Positions 52,689-62,078 of a stretch of DNA of 64,000 bases are shown here, in pieces. Each line of letters begins with the position of its first letter. Position 1 is the first letter of the stretch. Where the stretch lies: positions 19,951 through 83,950 of the forward strand of contig CACBAO010000005.1 in the NCBI GenBank assembly GCA_902537235.1, given 5' to 3'. The position numbers and the translations under genes were made by a program. Source of the DNA: an uncultured Alphaproteobacteria bacterium (GTDB lineage: Bacteria; Pseudomonadota; Alphaproteobacteria; Rhodobacterales; Rhodobacteraceae). Under the pieces are notes generated by a model that made no database searches, had not been told where the DNA came from, and saw nothing but the letters and a program-made list of their open reading frames with translations.

Positions 52689-52716
52689 AAAGGCGCAACC
52701 CTTGAGTTGCGCCCTT
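52689..52716 (-). terminator. GC-rich hairpin between the binding-protein and permease genes (attenuator or stabiliser)
   Basis: On the plus strand, GGCGCAAC (52692-52699) pairs with GTTGCGCC (52706-52713). On the transcribed strand it lies just after the binding-protein stop and is followed by TTTATTCGTT. Confidence 0.4.
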
Positions 52717-52722
52717 ACAAAA

Positions 52723-54435
52723 TTATTTAATTCGGTACCAATCGGCAACATTCCAGAGTTCGGAGTCCCATGTGTTCAACACAACTCCGCCAAGGGATTT
52801 GGCATGAGCTGAAACTCTTCCTCTATGTACCAAAGGAACAATTGTGTAGCTATCCTTAGTCAACATATTGTTGAGCTTAATTCCGATCTCTCCTCTCTTC
52901 TTGAGGTCACCGGTAGCGGACAACTCATCTAGCAACGCGTCATAGGCTGGGTCGCAATATCTATTAATATTCTCACCCTGCCATTGGCTTTCTGGCTTTG
53001 GCTCGTTACCACATCTATACATGGAAAGGTAATTTTGAGGGTCAGTACCATCAAATGTATTTGCATACATTTCTACATCAGCATAGAATTTTTGAAAAGT
53101 ATCTGGTGAACCAGGGTCCCCTCCAAAGAAAACCGATGCGTTTAGGTTCCTCAACTCAGTTTCAACACCAATTTGCTGCCACCAGTCTTTAATAAGAGCT
53201 TGGAAGTCTTGTCTTACGGCATTAGTAGATGTTTGGTATAAAATAGAGAGCTTTACACCATCCTTAGCTCTAATACCATCCGAACCTTTTTTCCATCCAG
53301 CGCTTTCTAGCAAAGCATTGGCCCCAGCTATATCCTGTTTCATGCAATAATCATTTTTAGCTGCATACAAGTCTGGAGCAGGAACAAGATCACAAGTAAC
53401 ATCACCAGCTTTGCCATACCCTATTTCTACTAGTAATGTTCGATCTATTGCCATCGATAGCGCTTTACGAACGTTGATATCTGTTAGAAATGGATGGGGA
53501 GCTTTCCTCGTAGCTCTGGTATTTGCATCTAAATCTGGAGATGGGTCTGTTAAATTCATTTCTAATCTTTCAACCAATGGTCCAAAGCCGGCGATTGCGA
53601 TACCTTTTCCAGCTTTTTCCATATTAGCAATAACTTCAGGTGCTAATTGTAGGTTCCAAGCATAATCGAATTCCCCTGTTTCAAGTACTGATCTTCCTGC
53701 AGCTGTTGCATCTCCGCCACCTTTAAAAGTAACAGTTGCAAAAGCTGGTTTGTTAGGATCTCTGTAGTTGTCATTAGCTTTCATTTGAATGACATCATTA
53801 GGCTTAAATTCAGTAACTACAAACGGTCCAGTTCCAATGGGCCCAAAATTTGCGTCGGTACAATTTGGTGCTTTTGCGCCCATACAGTTTTCGAACTGTT
53901 TTTTCTGTATTATTGGCGATTGGCCACCCATGAAAGGACCGTAAGGGTTTGGTTTAGGTGCAGAAAATTTTACAACGATAGTTCTTTCGTCAGGGGTTGA
54001 TACTGAAGTCACCCCATCAAATTTTGCTAACTGTGCACAGCCTCCCTCAGGGTGCATGCAGTAATCTGCAGTAAATTTTACATCAGCTGATGTAACTGCT
54101 GAACCATCAGACCACTTTAAACCCTTTTTGAGCTTCCACGTAATAGACATTAGGTCTGAACTAACGCCTCCGTTTTCAACGGTCGGAATCTCTTCAGCCA
54201 AATAGGGAACAAGAGCTCCTGTTTCGGTATATCTTCCTAGCGGTTCAATAATCATCGATGACGACTCAATATCCTTTGTTCCGCTAGAGAGGTATGGGTT
54301 CAAAATTGAAGGTGCTTGCCAGTATATTATGCTAACATTTCCATCAGAACCCCTTCCTGCAAAACTAGCGGTAGCTATAAGAACTGCAGCTAGTCCCACA
54401 AATAAAGATTTAATTTTCATATTATTTTCTCCCAA
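52723..54435 (-). CDS. ABC transporter substrate-binding protein, family 5 (peptide/opine type)
   Basis: It has a signal peptide (KIKSLFVGLAAVLIATASFA) and is 570 aa. VRKALSMAIDR is present. It is not similar to the binding protein at 24345. Confidence 0.85.
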   Translation of the reverse strand: MGENNMKIKSLFVGLAAVLIATASFAGRGSDGNVSIIYWQAPSILNPYLSSGTKDIESSSMIIEPLGRYTETGALVPYLAEEIPTVENGGVSSDLMSITWKLKKGLKWSDGSAVTSADVKFTADYCMHPEGGCAQLAKFDGVTSVSTPDERTIVVKFSAPKPNPYGPFMGGQSPIIQKKQFENCMGAKAPNCTDANFGPIGTGPFVVTEFKPNDVIQMKANDNYRDPNKPAFATVTFKGGGDATAAGRSVLETGEFDYAWNLQLAPEVIANMEKAGKGIAIAGFGPLVERLEMNLTDPSPDLDANTRATRKAPHPFLTDINVRKALSMAIDRTLLVEIGYGKAGDVTCDLVPAPDLYAAKNDYCMKQDIAGANALLESAGWKKGSDGIRAKDGVKLSILYQTSTNAVRQDFQALIKDWWQQIGVETELRNLNASVFFGGDPGSPDTFQKFYADVEMYANTFDGTDPQNYLSMYRCGNEPKPESQWQGENINRYCDPAYDALLDELSATGDLKKRGEIGIKLNNMLTKDSYTIVPLVHRGRVSAHAKSLGGVVLNTWDSELWNVADWYRIK

Positions 54436-54594
54436 GTTAAGAGTTTAAAACCAGATATAAAGACAAGCATCTGATTCCAAAACCCGTTATAAGCAGAGAA
54501 TGAGTATGCAATATCGATTTGTCATTGTAAATGATGTAATTCGAGTTGTAAGATAGAAAGCTAAATTTATTTTTAATCGGAGATTAAATCAAAA

Positions 54595-56424
54595 ATGCTA
54601 GATGATAAAAAACCCCTCGCATCCTTCGAAAACTTACGTGTTGAGTTTGATACTAAGGATGGAAAGGTTGTGGCAGTTGAGAATATTTCCTTTGAGATAA
54701 AGCCGCAGCAAACCGTATGCTTGGTCGGTGAGTCTGGTTCTGGGAAATCCGTCTCATCGCTTTCCATGATGAGGCTTGTTGAATTTGGCGGTGGGAGCTT
54801 GGCCGGTGGCAAGTTGATTTTTAATAGAGGTGATAAAGAATCAATTGACGTAGCAGTCTCTAATCAGTCTCAAATGAGAAAAATCAGGGGTAATGAAATT
54901 GGTATGATATTTCAAGAACCCATGACCGCGTTAAATCCCGTTTTCACGGTTGAAAGACAATTGACTGAAGGTCTAATGGTTCATAAAGGGTTTTCAAAGA
55001 GAGAAGCGAAGAAAAGAGCGTTAGAGCTAATGACTATGGCAAAAATACCAGAGCCTGAGAGAAGATTAAAACAATTTCCACATGAACTCTCTGGCGGCAT
55101 GAGGCAAAGAGTAGTAATAGCTATCGCGCTGGCGTGCCAGCCAAGACTTTTAATCGCTGACGAGCCCACAACAGCTTTGGATGTGACCATTCAAGCAGAA
55201 ATACTCGCTTTAATAAATCGATTGAAGGAAGAAACAGGTACAGCAGTGATGTTTATTACGCATGATATGGCAGTGGTAGCGCAAATGGCAGATCGTGTTG
55301 TGGTTATGTACCAAGGCAAGAAAGTCGAAGAGGGAACAGTACATGAGATTTTCAATAATCCTCAGCATGAGTATACGAAGTCCCTCTTAGCAGCGGTTCC
55401 AAAACTTGGAGAGATGGCAAGTAAGAAATATCCCGAACCCATGCGGTTAGTAGGAGAGAAAAAGACAAAGGCTTTAAAGCCTATTGTAGGAACGAATGAG
55501 CCCCTGCTTAAAGTGAATAATCTAGTGACTCGCTACCCGGTTAAAGGGGGTGTATTGAGAAGAACGGTAGCACGTGTTCACGCTGTTGAGGATGTATCTT
55601 TTACTATTATGAAAGGAAAGACACTTTCGCTTGTAGGGGAGTCAGGTTGTGGTAAGTCAACGGTGGGACGCTCACTCATTCGATTGGTAGAGCCTACTGC
55701 AGGAGATGTGAATTTAGATGGTCAGAATATACTATCACTTAATCAAAAGGATATGCGGGAAGCCCGTAGAAATATCCAGATGGTGTTTCAAGATCCCTTC
55801 GCCTCATTAAATCCTCAAATGATGTTAATTGATCAAGTAGCGGAACCGTTTCGTAATTATGGGACAATGAAGCATGAAGTATTGCAGGAGAAGATTGGAG
55901 ATCTCTTTGATCGTGTAAAATTACCACGAAGTTTTATGCAACGCTATCCCCATGAACTTTCCGGTGGTCAGCGTCAGCGGATAGCAATTGCGCGTGCGCT
56001 AGCGCTTAACCCTAAGCTTATCATAGCAGATGAAGCAGTGAGTGCATTGGATGTATCGGTGCAAGCTCAAGTCTTAAACTTAATGATGGAACTCCAGGTT
56101 GATTTGGGTCTTTCCTTTTTATTCATCAGCCATGATATGGCGGTTGTTGAGCGGGTAAGCCATGATGTTGGTGTTATGTACTTAGGACGCTTGGTAGAGA
56201 TCGGTCCTAGGCAAGCTATTTTTCGTAATCCACAACATCCTTATACACAGGATTTATTAAAAGCTGTACCTATTGCGGATCCGGATAAGAGGAAGTCCGA
56301 AAGAGATCTAAACTTTAAACCGCTTCCATCACCTATTCATGATTTGAACTATAAGGCTGAACCATCTGTATATAGAAAAGTGGCTAAAGACCACTATGTG
56401 TTAACAACGGATAGTGGGTATTAA
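54595..56424 (+). CDS. fused double-NBD ABC ATPase (DppD-DppF / GsiA-like), mosaic paralog of 27846-29648
   Basis: Walker A motifs GESGSGKS and GESGCGKS, with signatures LSGGMRQR and LSGGQRQR. The C-terminal ~415 aa are nearly identical to the other ATPase. Confidence 0.9.
   Translation: MLDDKKPLASFENLRVEFDTKDGKVVAVENISFEIKPQQTVCLVGESGSGKSVSSLSMMRLVEFGGGSLAGGKLIFNRGDKESIDVAVSNQSQMRKIRGNEIGMIFQEPMTALNPVFTVERQLTEGLMVHKGFSKREAKKRALELMTMAKIPEPERRLKQFPHELSGGMRQRVVIAIALACQPRLLIADEPTTALDVTIQAEILALINRLKEETGTAVMFITHDMAVVAQMADRVVVMYQGKKVEEGTVHEIFNNPQHEYTKSLLAAVPKLGEMASKKYPEPMRLVGEKKTKALKPIVGTNEPLLKVNNLVTRYPVKGGVLRRTVARVHAVEDVSFTIMKGKTLSLVGESGCGKSTVGRSLIRLVEPTAGDVNLDGQNILSLNQKDMREARRNIQMVFQDPFASLNPQMMLIDQVAEPFRNYGTMKHEVLQEKIGDLFDRVKLPRSFMQRYPHELSGGQRQRIAIARALALNPKLIIADEAVSALDVSVQAQVLNLMMELQVDLGLSFLFISHDMAVVERVSHDVGVMYLGRLVEIGPRQAIFRNPQHPYTQDLLKAVPIADPDKRKSERDLNFKPLPSPIHDLNYKAEPSVYRKVAKDHYVLTTDSGY
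55176..56424 (+). repeat. copy B of the ~1.25-kb duplicate (partner ~28400-29648)
   Basis: Same comparison as copy A: 55993-56412 equals 29217-29636 exactly. Identity ends just after the stop codons. Confidence 0.9.
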
Positions 56425-57586
56425 TAAGATGAGTGAATTATCGGCTTTAGAAATTCTGGAAAAATTAGTTAGCTTTCCCACGGTAAGCGATAGAAGTAAT
56501 CTTGAGCTTATTGACTGGGTAGAAAATTACTTAAACTCATTTCAAATAGAGACATACAGAAAATATAATGAAGACAAGAGTAAGGCTTCACTATTTGCTC
56601 ATGTAGGTCCGCAAATAGAGGGAGGCGTAGTGCTATCTGGCCATACGGATGTAGTTCCGGTTGAAGGCCAAGATTGGAGCACTGATCCTTGGGTACTTAC
56701 AGAAAATGATAATAAACTTTATGGTCGGGGATCCTGCGATATGAAGGGATTTGATGCATTGGCTATTTGGGCAATGATTGAAGCCAACAAGAGTGAACTG
56801 AAAAGACCTCTCCAGGTAGCACTTAGTTATGATGAGGAAGTTGGCTGTATAGGCGCGCCTCCGATGATAGACGAAATGATAAAAAAATTGCCAAAAGCCA
56901 GTATGGTAATTGTTGGAGAACCATCCACTATGCTCGCAGTAACTGGACATAAGGGTGCTCTAGGTTTTACAACACATTTAGTTGGGAAAGAGGTTCATTC
57001 CTCAATATTAGATAGAGGTGTTAGTGCAATAATGAATGGAGCAAAGTTGATAGACTGGGCTAACGAACAGAATATAAACAATAAAAAAGCTGAGCAGACA
57101 GAGACTGCAAAGTTATTTGACCCTCCCTATACCACTTTACATGTAGGTGTTGTAAAAGGAGGAACAGCACATAATATAACCGCAAAAGATTGTCATTTTG
57201 AAATGGACATAAGAGTTGTTTCGGACCAAAAAGTTGATTTTTGGATTGAAAAATATAACGAAAAAGTACAAGAGATAGAAACTGAAATGAAAGCCATCTC
57301 GGAAGATGCAAAAATAATTGTTTCAAATAGATCTGCAGTGCCAGGGTTAAGACCGGAAACTAATGGTGAAGCTGAAACTTTTGTCAGACAAATTACTGGG
57401 GATAATGGGAACCATTTTGTTTCTTATGGCACCGAGGCTGGTCAATTTCAAGAAAGAGGGTATTCTGCTGTTATATGTGGGCCAGGTGATATTTCTGTAG
57501 CCCATCAACCTAACGAATACATTGAGAAATCTCAGTTTGAACTTGGCCGCAGCTTTATGAAAAATATGATCAAAAAGCTTTCTTGA
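56414..57586 (+). CDS. argE: M20-family deacylase, acetylornithine deacetylase (ArgE)-like
   Basis: GHTDVVPVEGQDWSTDPW, GRGSCDMKG and DEEVGC are present. The start is GTG 56414 (11-nt overlap with the ATPase gene) or, more likely, ATG 56429. Confidence 0.75.
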   Translation: MGINKMSELSALEILEKLVSFPTVSDRSNLELIDWVENYLNSFQIETYRKYNEDKSKASLFAHVGPQIEGGVVLSGHTDVVPVEGQDWSTDPWVLTENDNKLYGRGSCDMKGFDALAIWAMIEANKSELKRPLQVALSYDEEVGCIGAPPMIDEMIKKLPKASMVIVGEPSTMLAVTGHKGALGFTTHLVGKEVHSSILDRGVSAIMNGAKLIDWANEQNINNKKAEQTETAKLFDPPYTTLHVGVVKGGTAHNITAKDCHFEMDIRVVSDQKVDFWIEKYNEKVQEIETEMKAISEDAKIIVSNRSAVPGLRPETNGEAETFVRQITGDNGNHFVSYGTEAGQFQERGYSAVICGPGDISVAHQPNEYIEKSQFELGRSFMKNMIKKLS

Positions 57587-57683
57587 AAATTCGAAAAGTT
57601 CAGTTTTTTGATGCCAGTTCCTATTGACAGAATGGAGCTAATTAAAATACGATTTATTTATGAAATTATAAAGGAAATACTAA

Positions 57684-58367
57684 ATGCACATAGAACCTGG
57701 AGTAGTAAACGGCGCAAAAATTGGATTTAGTTATTTAACCGGCGCAGCAGCGATAGCAATAGGATTAAAGTTACTTTTTCAGCGAATGTCTAACAACACA
57801 TCTGTTTTGATAACAGCTGTTAGATGTCTATTAACCACTATTTTTGTTTTTTCTTTTTTTGAGGTTCTTCCACAGTACCCACTTGGTGTTTCGGAGGTTC
57901 ATTTTATATTTGGTGCTACTCTGTTCTTATTTTTTGGTGCTGGAGCAACAGCTTTTGGTTTGGTTGCAGGTATATCTTTACAGGGACTTTTGTTAGCTCC
58001 ATCAGATTTGCCGCAGCTCTACATAAACATATCAACTCTAATATTTCCTTTATTTGCGGTTTCGTACATTTCAAAGAAGATAATACCGGCCAACATTGCG
58101 TATACTGATTTGAAGTATAGGCAAGTTATATCATTAACAGGAATATATCAGGGTGGAATAATTCTTTGGGTCGCGTTTTGGTGTTTCTATGGCCAAGGAT
58201 TTAATCAAGAAGCATTTTACAATGTCGGTATATTCTCCTTAGCGTACTCTACGGTCATTGGCATAGAATGTCTACTAGATGTTGGATTGCTAGCCACATT
58301 TAAAAGTTACAAAAAAAGATCTTTGCCATATGTATTTAATCAAAGGTTGATTTCTGTGAAAGACTGA
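57684..58367 (+). CDS. solitary CbiM/NikM-like membrane protein (ECF-type Co/Ni substrate-capture component fold)
   Basis: The N-terminus is MHIEPG (Met1-His2, as in the CbiM/NikM metal site). SEVHFIFGATLFLFFGAGATAFGLVAGISLQGLLLA parallels the CbiM core (S-x-S-H-P-x-G...FQALLLA). About 6-7 TM segments. No CbiN/Q/O genes are nearby. Confidence 0.55.
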   Translation: MHIEPGVVNGAKIGFSYLTGAAAIAIGLKLLFQRMSNNTSVLITAVRCLLTTIFVFSFFEVLPQYPLGVSEVHFIFGATLFLFFGAGATAFGLVAGISLQGLLLAPSDLPQLYINISTLIFPLFAVSYISKKIIPANIAYTDLKYRQVISLTGIYQGGIILWVAFWCFYGQGFNQEAFYNVGIFSLAYSTVIGIECLLDVGLLATFKSYKKRSLPYVFNQRLISVKD

Positions 58368-58468
58368 TTATTTCTTTTATTCAAATAACAAATTTAAAGT
58401 TGAATTAATTTCCAGAAATGGAATACCTTCTGGGTTACACTGGCATTTAAATTGAAAGGTTAATCACT

Positions 58469-59704
58469 ATGGGTTCTATAAACTTCGAGAAGTTGGATAA
58501 GCTTGCTGAACTCTCAGTTAGTACTGGGGTTGCTCTGCAAAAAGGACAAAACCTATTAATTACCGCGCCATCAGATGCACTACCACTAGTGAGATTAATA
58601 GCAAAGCATGCGTACAAAGCGGGAGCGGGCTTGGTTACACCTTTTTTCTCTGATAGTGAAATAACGCTTGCAAGATATAAATACGCTTCCGATGAAAGTT
58701 TCGACGTAGCTGCAGATTGGCTTTACAAGGGTATGGGTGAAGCTTTTGATAATAATACGGCTAGAATGGCAATTGCCGGTGATGACCCAATGTTATTATC
58801 AGATATGGATCCGGAAAGAGTTGCGAGAGCAAATAAAGCTAACTCTAAGGCTTACAAACCAGCAAGAGAACGAATTACCCAGTTTGATATTAACTGGAAC
58901 ATTATAGCTTGGCCAGGCTTATCTTGGGCAAAAAGAATGTTCCCTGATCTAGCTGAAGATGATGCGCAAGCTCGATTAGCTGAGGCTATTTTTATGGCTT
59001 CGCGTGTTAACGCAGAAGATCCCGTTGCATCATGGAAAACACATAATCAGACACTGAAAGAGAAAAGGGATTGGTTGAATCAAAAAGATTTCAAAGAGAT
59101 ACATTTCAAGGGGCCTGGAACAGATTTGAAGGTAGGTTTGGCTGATGACCACGAGTGGATGGGTGGTGCTTCAATAGCTCAAAATGGTGTGATTTGTAAT
59201 CCTAATATTCCTTCTGAAGAAGTTTTCACTACCCCACACGCGCTGAAAGTTGAGGGCTATGTATCTTCTACTAAACCATTATCGCATCAAGGAACGTTAA
59301 TTGATAATATTCGAGTTGTTTTTGAAAAAGGTAGTATTACAGATGCAAAAGCTAACAAAGGTGAAACCGTTTTGAAGAAGGTTTTAGAGTCTGATGAAGG
59401 GGCTCGAAGATTGGGAGAAGTAGCACTCGTACCTAATAGCTCACCAATTTCGAACTCTGGACTTTTATTTTATAATACACTTTTTGATGAAAATGCTGCT
59501 TGTCACATAGCTCTTGGCCAGTGTTACTCTAAGTGCTTTAAAGGAGAAACAAACCTTTCGACGTCAGAAATAAGGGAGCGTGGAGGCAATTCAAGCATGA
59601 TCCATATTGATTGGATGATTGGGTCAGGTGAGATTGACATTGATGGTTTTGGAAAAAACGGGGAAATAGTGCCTATATTTAGGAGAGGTGAGTGGGTTGA
59701 TTAA
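58469..59704 (+). CDS. M29-family aminopeptidase (AmpS/PepS/aminopeptidase T-like)
   Basis: 411 aa. EKLAELSVSTGVALQKGQNLLI, IPSEEVFTTP, EGARRLGEVALVP, DENAACHIALG and HIDWMIG are present. Confidence 0.85.
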   Translation: MGSINFEKLDKLAELSVSTGVALQKGQNLLITAPSDALPLVRLIAKHAYKAGAGLVTPFFSDSEITLARYKYASDESFDVAADWLYKGMGEAFDNNTARMAIAGDDPMLLSDMDPERVARANKANSKAYKPARERITQFDINWNIIAWPGLSWAKRMFPDLAEDDAQARLAEAIFMASRVNAEDPVASWKTHNQTLKEKRDWLNQKDFKEIHFKGPGTDLKVGLADDHEWMGGASIAQNGVICNPNIPSEEVFTTPHALKVEGYVSSTKPLSHQGTLIDNIRVVFEKGSITDAKANKGETVLKKVLESDEGARRLGEVALVPNSSPISNSGLLFYNTLFDENAACHIALGQCYSKCFKGETNLSTSEIRERGGNSSMIHIDWMIGSGEIDIDGFGKNGEIVPIFRRGEWVD

Positions 59705-59884
59705 AACAAATATAGTAACATCAAAAGTGCTAGCCGAGGGCTTAAAAAAAATAGTAAAGCTTGAAGGTGTCGATGAAAAAAAAGAGCCGTATGAAAAAAC
59801 AAAAAAAATTACCAAAGGGGTAGTTGTAGCTTTGAGTTCAGAAGCAAAACAGAAAGTAATTAAGTCCCTATAGATTTTTTTTAA

Positions 59885-60319
59885 TCAACCCATATCATAG
59901 AATTTTCTTAAAAGATTTAAAGCCGTAGGTTTCAACTTATTTGGGTTAGACCAAAATTGGTCATCATTAATATTGATGAATCCTGGAATGTCCTCAAGTG
60001 CTTCGGTATTTAAGTTCTTCAAACCCATAGACCATGTCGAAAAGTTTCTTTCTTCAAAACTCCCATCCTCTAGAACTGTTATTGTATGATGTCTAGGGTC
60101 AGCAGTAATTCTATCCCACGTAGGTGAGATTGATTTTTTTGGTCCCTCAATGATTTGAAGGAAGTTGCCTCTTTTAAACTTTTTATTGTATCTATAAATA
60201 AGTAATCCTGTGATTTCATAAGCTTCGTTCCATTCTCTTGCTTTTTGTAATAATTCTTTAAGCTCACTACTGCTTATTTCTGACTGAGAGAAGCTGTAAT
60301 AGACAATATATTTCAACAT
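59885..60319 (-). CDS. short BLUF-domain blue-light photoreceptor
   Basis: YIVYYSFS (photoactive Tyr region), ITGLLIY, FLQIIEGP (conserved Gln), DPRHH and FSTWSM (Trp-x-Met) are present. Length is 144 aa with a ~45-aa C-terminal extension. Confidence 0.8.
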   Translation of the reverse strand: MLKYIVYYSFSQSEISSSELKELLQKAREWNEAYEITGLLIYRYNKKFKRGNFLQIIEGPKKSISPTWDRITADPRHHTITVLEDGSFEERNFSTWSMGLKNLNTEALEDIPGFININDDQFWSNPNKLKPTALNLLRKFYDMG

Positions 60320-60409
60320 AGCATCATTTAATCATTATAGACCTAGTATTCTTATGGTAAAGTATAACTGGTAACAAACCAAATTAAGATTATCAGGGAG
60401 ATAACTCCA

Positions 60410-61612
60410 ATGAGAGAAGCCGTTATAGTATCGACAGCCAGAACCCCCATTGGGAAAGCATACCGTGGATCGTTCAATAACACACATGCACAAACTTTAG
60501 CAGGGCATGCCATTTCAGAGGCAGTAAAACGAGCAAAAGTAGATCCGACTGATATTGATGATGTAATATTAGGGGCAGCAGCTCAACAAGGTACGCAGCA
60601 AGGCAATATTGCAAGGCAATCTTTACTTAGAGCTGGCCTGCCTACAAGTGTTGCTGGTATGTCAATAGACAGACAATGTGCATCGGGTATGATGGCAATA
60701 GCTACTGCAGCCAAACAGATAATTGATGATGGAATGAATGTTACAGTAGGGGGCGGAGTTGAGTCTGTTTCATTGGTCAGAAATGAAAATTTTAGAATGG
60801 ATAATGCAAGAGATCCTTGGCTTGAGAATGAAATGCCTGAGCTTTACATGACTATGATTGAAACAGCCGAAACAGTAGCAAATCGATATGGGATATCTCG
60901 TGAAAAACAAGATGAATACGCGTTACAGTCACAAATGCGAACAGCACATGCCCAAAGAAATGGGTTTATGGATGATGAAATTGTGCCGCTTAAGTCTACA
61001 ATGAAATATTACGATAAAAAAAATAAAACTGCTACTTATAATGAGGTGAATTTAATAAAAGATGAGGGGAACCGACCTGATACAAGTTTGGAGGGCTTAA
61101 GCGCGCTCAAACCGGTTTTTAAAGATGGCATTCACATAAGTGAGGGAAGTCACATCACTGCAGGAAATGCCTCTCAATTGTCAGACGGAGCATCTGCAAG
61201 TATTTTGATGGAGTCAAAAGAGGCTGAGCGGAGGGGGCTAAGCCCTCTGGGAGTTTATAGAGGTATGGCTGTTGCCGGTTGTGATCCTGATGAAATGGGA
61301 ATAGGTCCGGTATATGCGGTACCAAAGCTTCTGAAAAATAATGGGTTAAAAATGGACGATATTGATCTCTGGGAGCTAAATGAAGCGTTCGCAAGCCAAG
61401 TCATTCACTGCAGAGATAGGTTAGGAATTCCAAACGAAATTTTAAATGTAAATGGAGGAGGGATATCTATCGGCCATCCATTCGGAATGTCAGGCGCTAG
61501 ACTTGTAGGGCACGCATTAATTGAGGGGAAACGGCGAAATGCAAAGTTTGTTGTTTGCACTATGTGTGTTGGAGGAGGTATGGGGGCTGCCGGACTCTTC
61601 GAGGTTTTGTAA
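60410..61612 (+). CDS. acetyl-CoA C-acyltransferase (thiolase)
   Basis: DRQCASGM (active-site Cys), [17 protein letters not shown] and CVGGGMG are present. Confidence 0.9.
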   Translation: MREAVIVSTARTPIGKAYRGSFNNTHAQTLAGHAISEAVKRAKVDPTDIDDVILGAAAQQGTQQGNIARQSLLRAGLPTSVAGMSIDRQCASGMMAIATAAKQIIDDGMNVTVGGGVESVSLVRNENFRMDNARDPWLENEMPELYMTMIETAETVANRYGISREKQDEYALQSQMRTAHAQRNGFMDDEIVPLKSTMKYYDKKNKTATYNEVNLIKDEGNRPDTSLEGLSALKPVFKDGIHISEGSHITAGNASQLSDGASASILMESKEAERRGLSPLGVYRGMAVAGCDPDEMGIGPVYAVPKLLKNNGLKMDDIDLWELNEAFASQVIHCRDRLGIPNEILNVNGGGISIGHPFGMSGARLVGHALIEGKRRNAKFVVCTMCVGGGMGAAGLFEVL

Positions 61613-62077
61613 TTGCTTAAATTAAAATATCCAAGAGATTTAAAGAAATTTGAGAATTATGAGTTGGGCTTTAGTGATTGGTTTTTCATTGATCAGCAAC
61701 TTATCAATGCCTTTGCACAGCTTTCAGGTGATGATCAGTGGATTCATGTTGATACAGGAAGAGCATTAAATGAAATGCCAGATGGAAAAACAATTGCTCA
61801 CGGGTTATTAAGCCTTTGCATTTCTCCAACTTTAGGAAAAAACAAAATTCATATTGAGAACCTAAAGCATACTCTAAACTACGGGATTGATAAAGTTAGA
61901 TTTATTTCTCCAGTAAAAGTTGGATCATTTATAAGGCTTAAATCAAAGATAATGAAAGTCACAATACGTGAAGACAATTCCGTTCTTGTCAGAATTGAGA
62001 GATTGATGGAAATTAAGGGAATAAAAAAGTTAGCTATGTATGCTGAAACTTTGTCATTAATGAATTCCGGTGATTGA
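61613..62077 (+). CDS. MaoC-like (R)-specific enoyl-CoA hydratase / hot-dog fold dehydratase
   Basis: FAQLSGDDQWIHVD (the GDxNxIHxD-type motif) and AHGLLSL are present. The TTG start comes directly after the thiolase stop. Confidence 0.8.
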   Translation: MLKLKYPRDLKKFENYELGFSDWFFIDQQLINAFAQLSGDDQWIHVDTGRALNEMPDGKTIAHGLLSLCISPTLGKNKIHIENLKHTLNYGIDKVRFISPVKVGSFIRLKSKIMKVTIREDNSVLVRIERLMEIKGIKKLAMYAETLSLMNSGD

Positions 62078-62078
62078 G

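Noticed and set aside
57587-57683. Cobalamin or Ni/Co riboswitch upstream of the CbiM-like gene
   Set aside because: The spacer is only 97 nt and very AT-rich. I could not find a B12-box-like element or the paired GC-rich helices expected of these riboswitches. An Rfam scan would be needed to be sure.
59688-59873. 61-aa ORF in the gap between the M29 aminopeptidase and BLUF genes
   Set aside because: It starts at a GTG inside the aminopeptidase 3' end. Its Lys-rich composition simply mirrors the A-rich spacer. There is no ribosome-binding site and no recognisable domain. It is most likely a non-coding convergent spacer.
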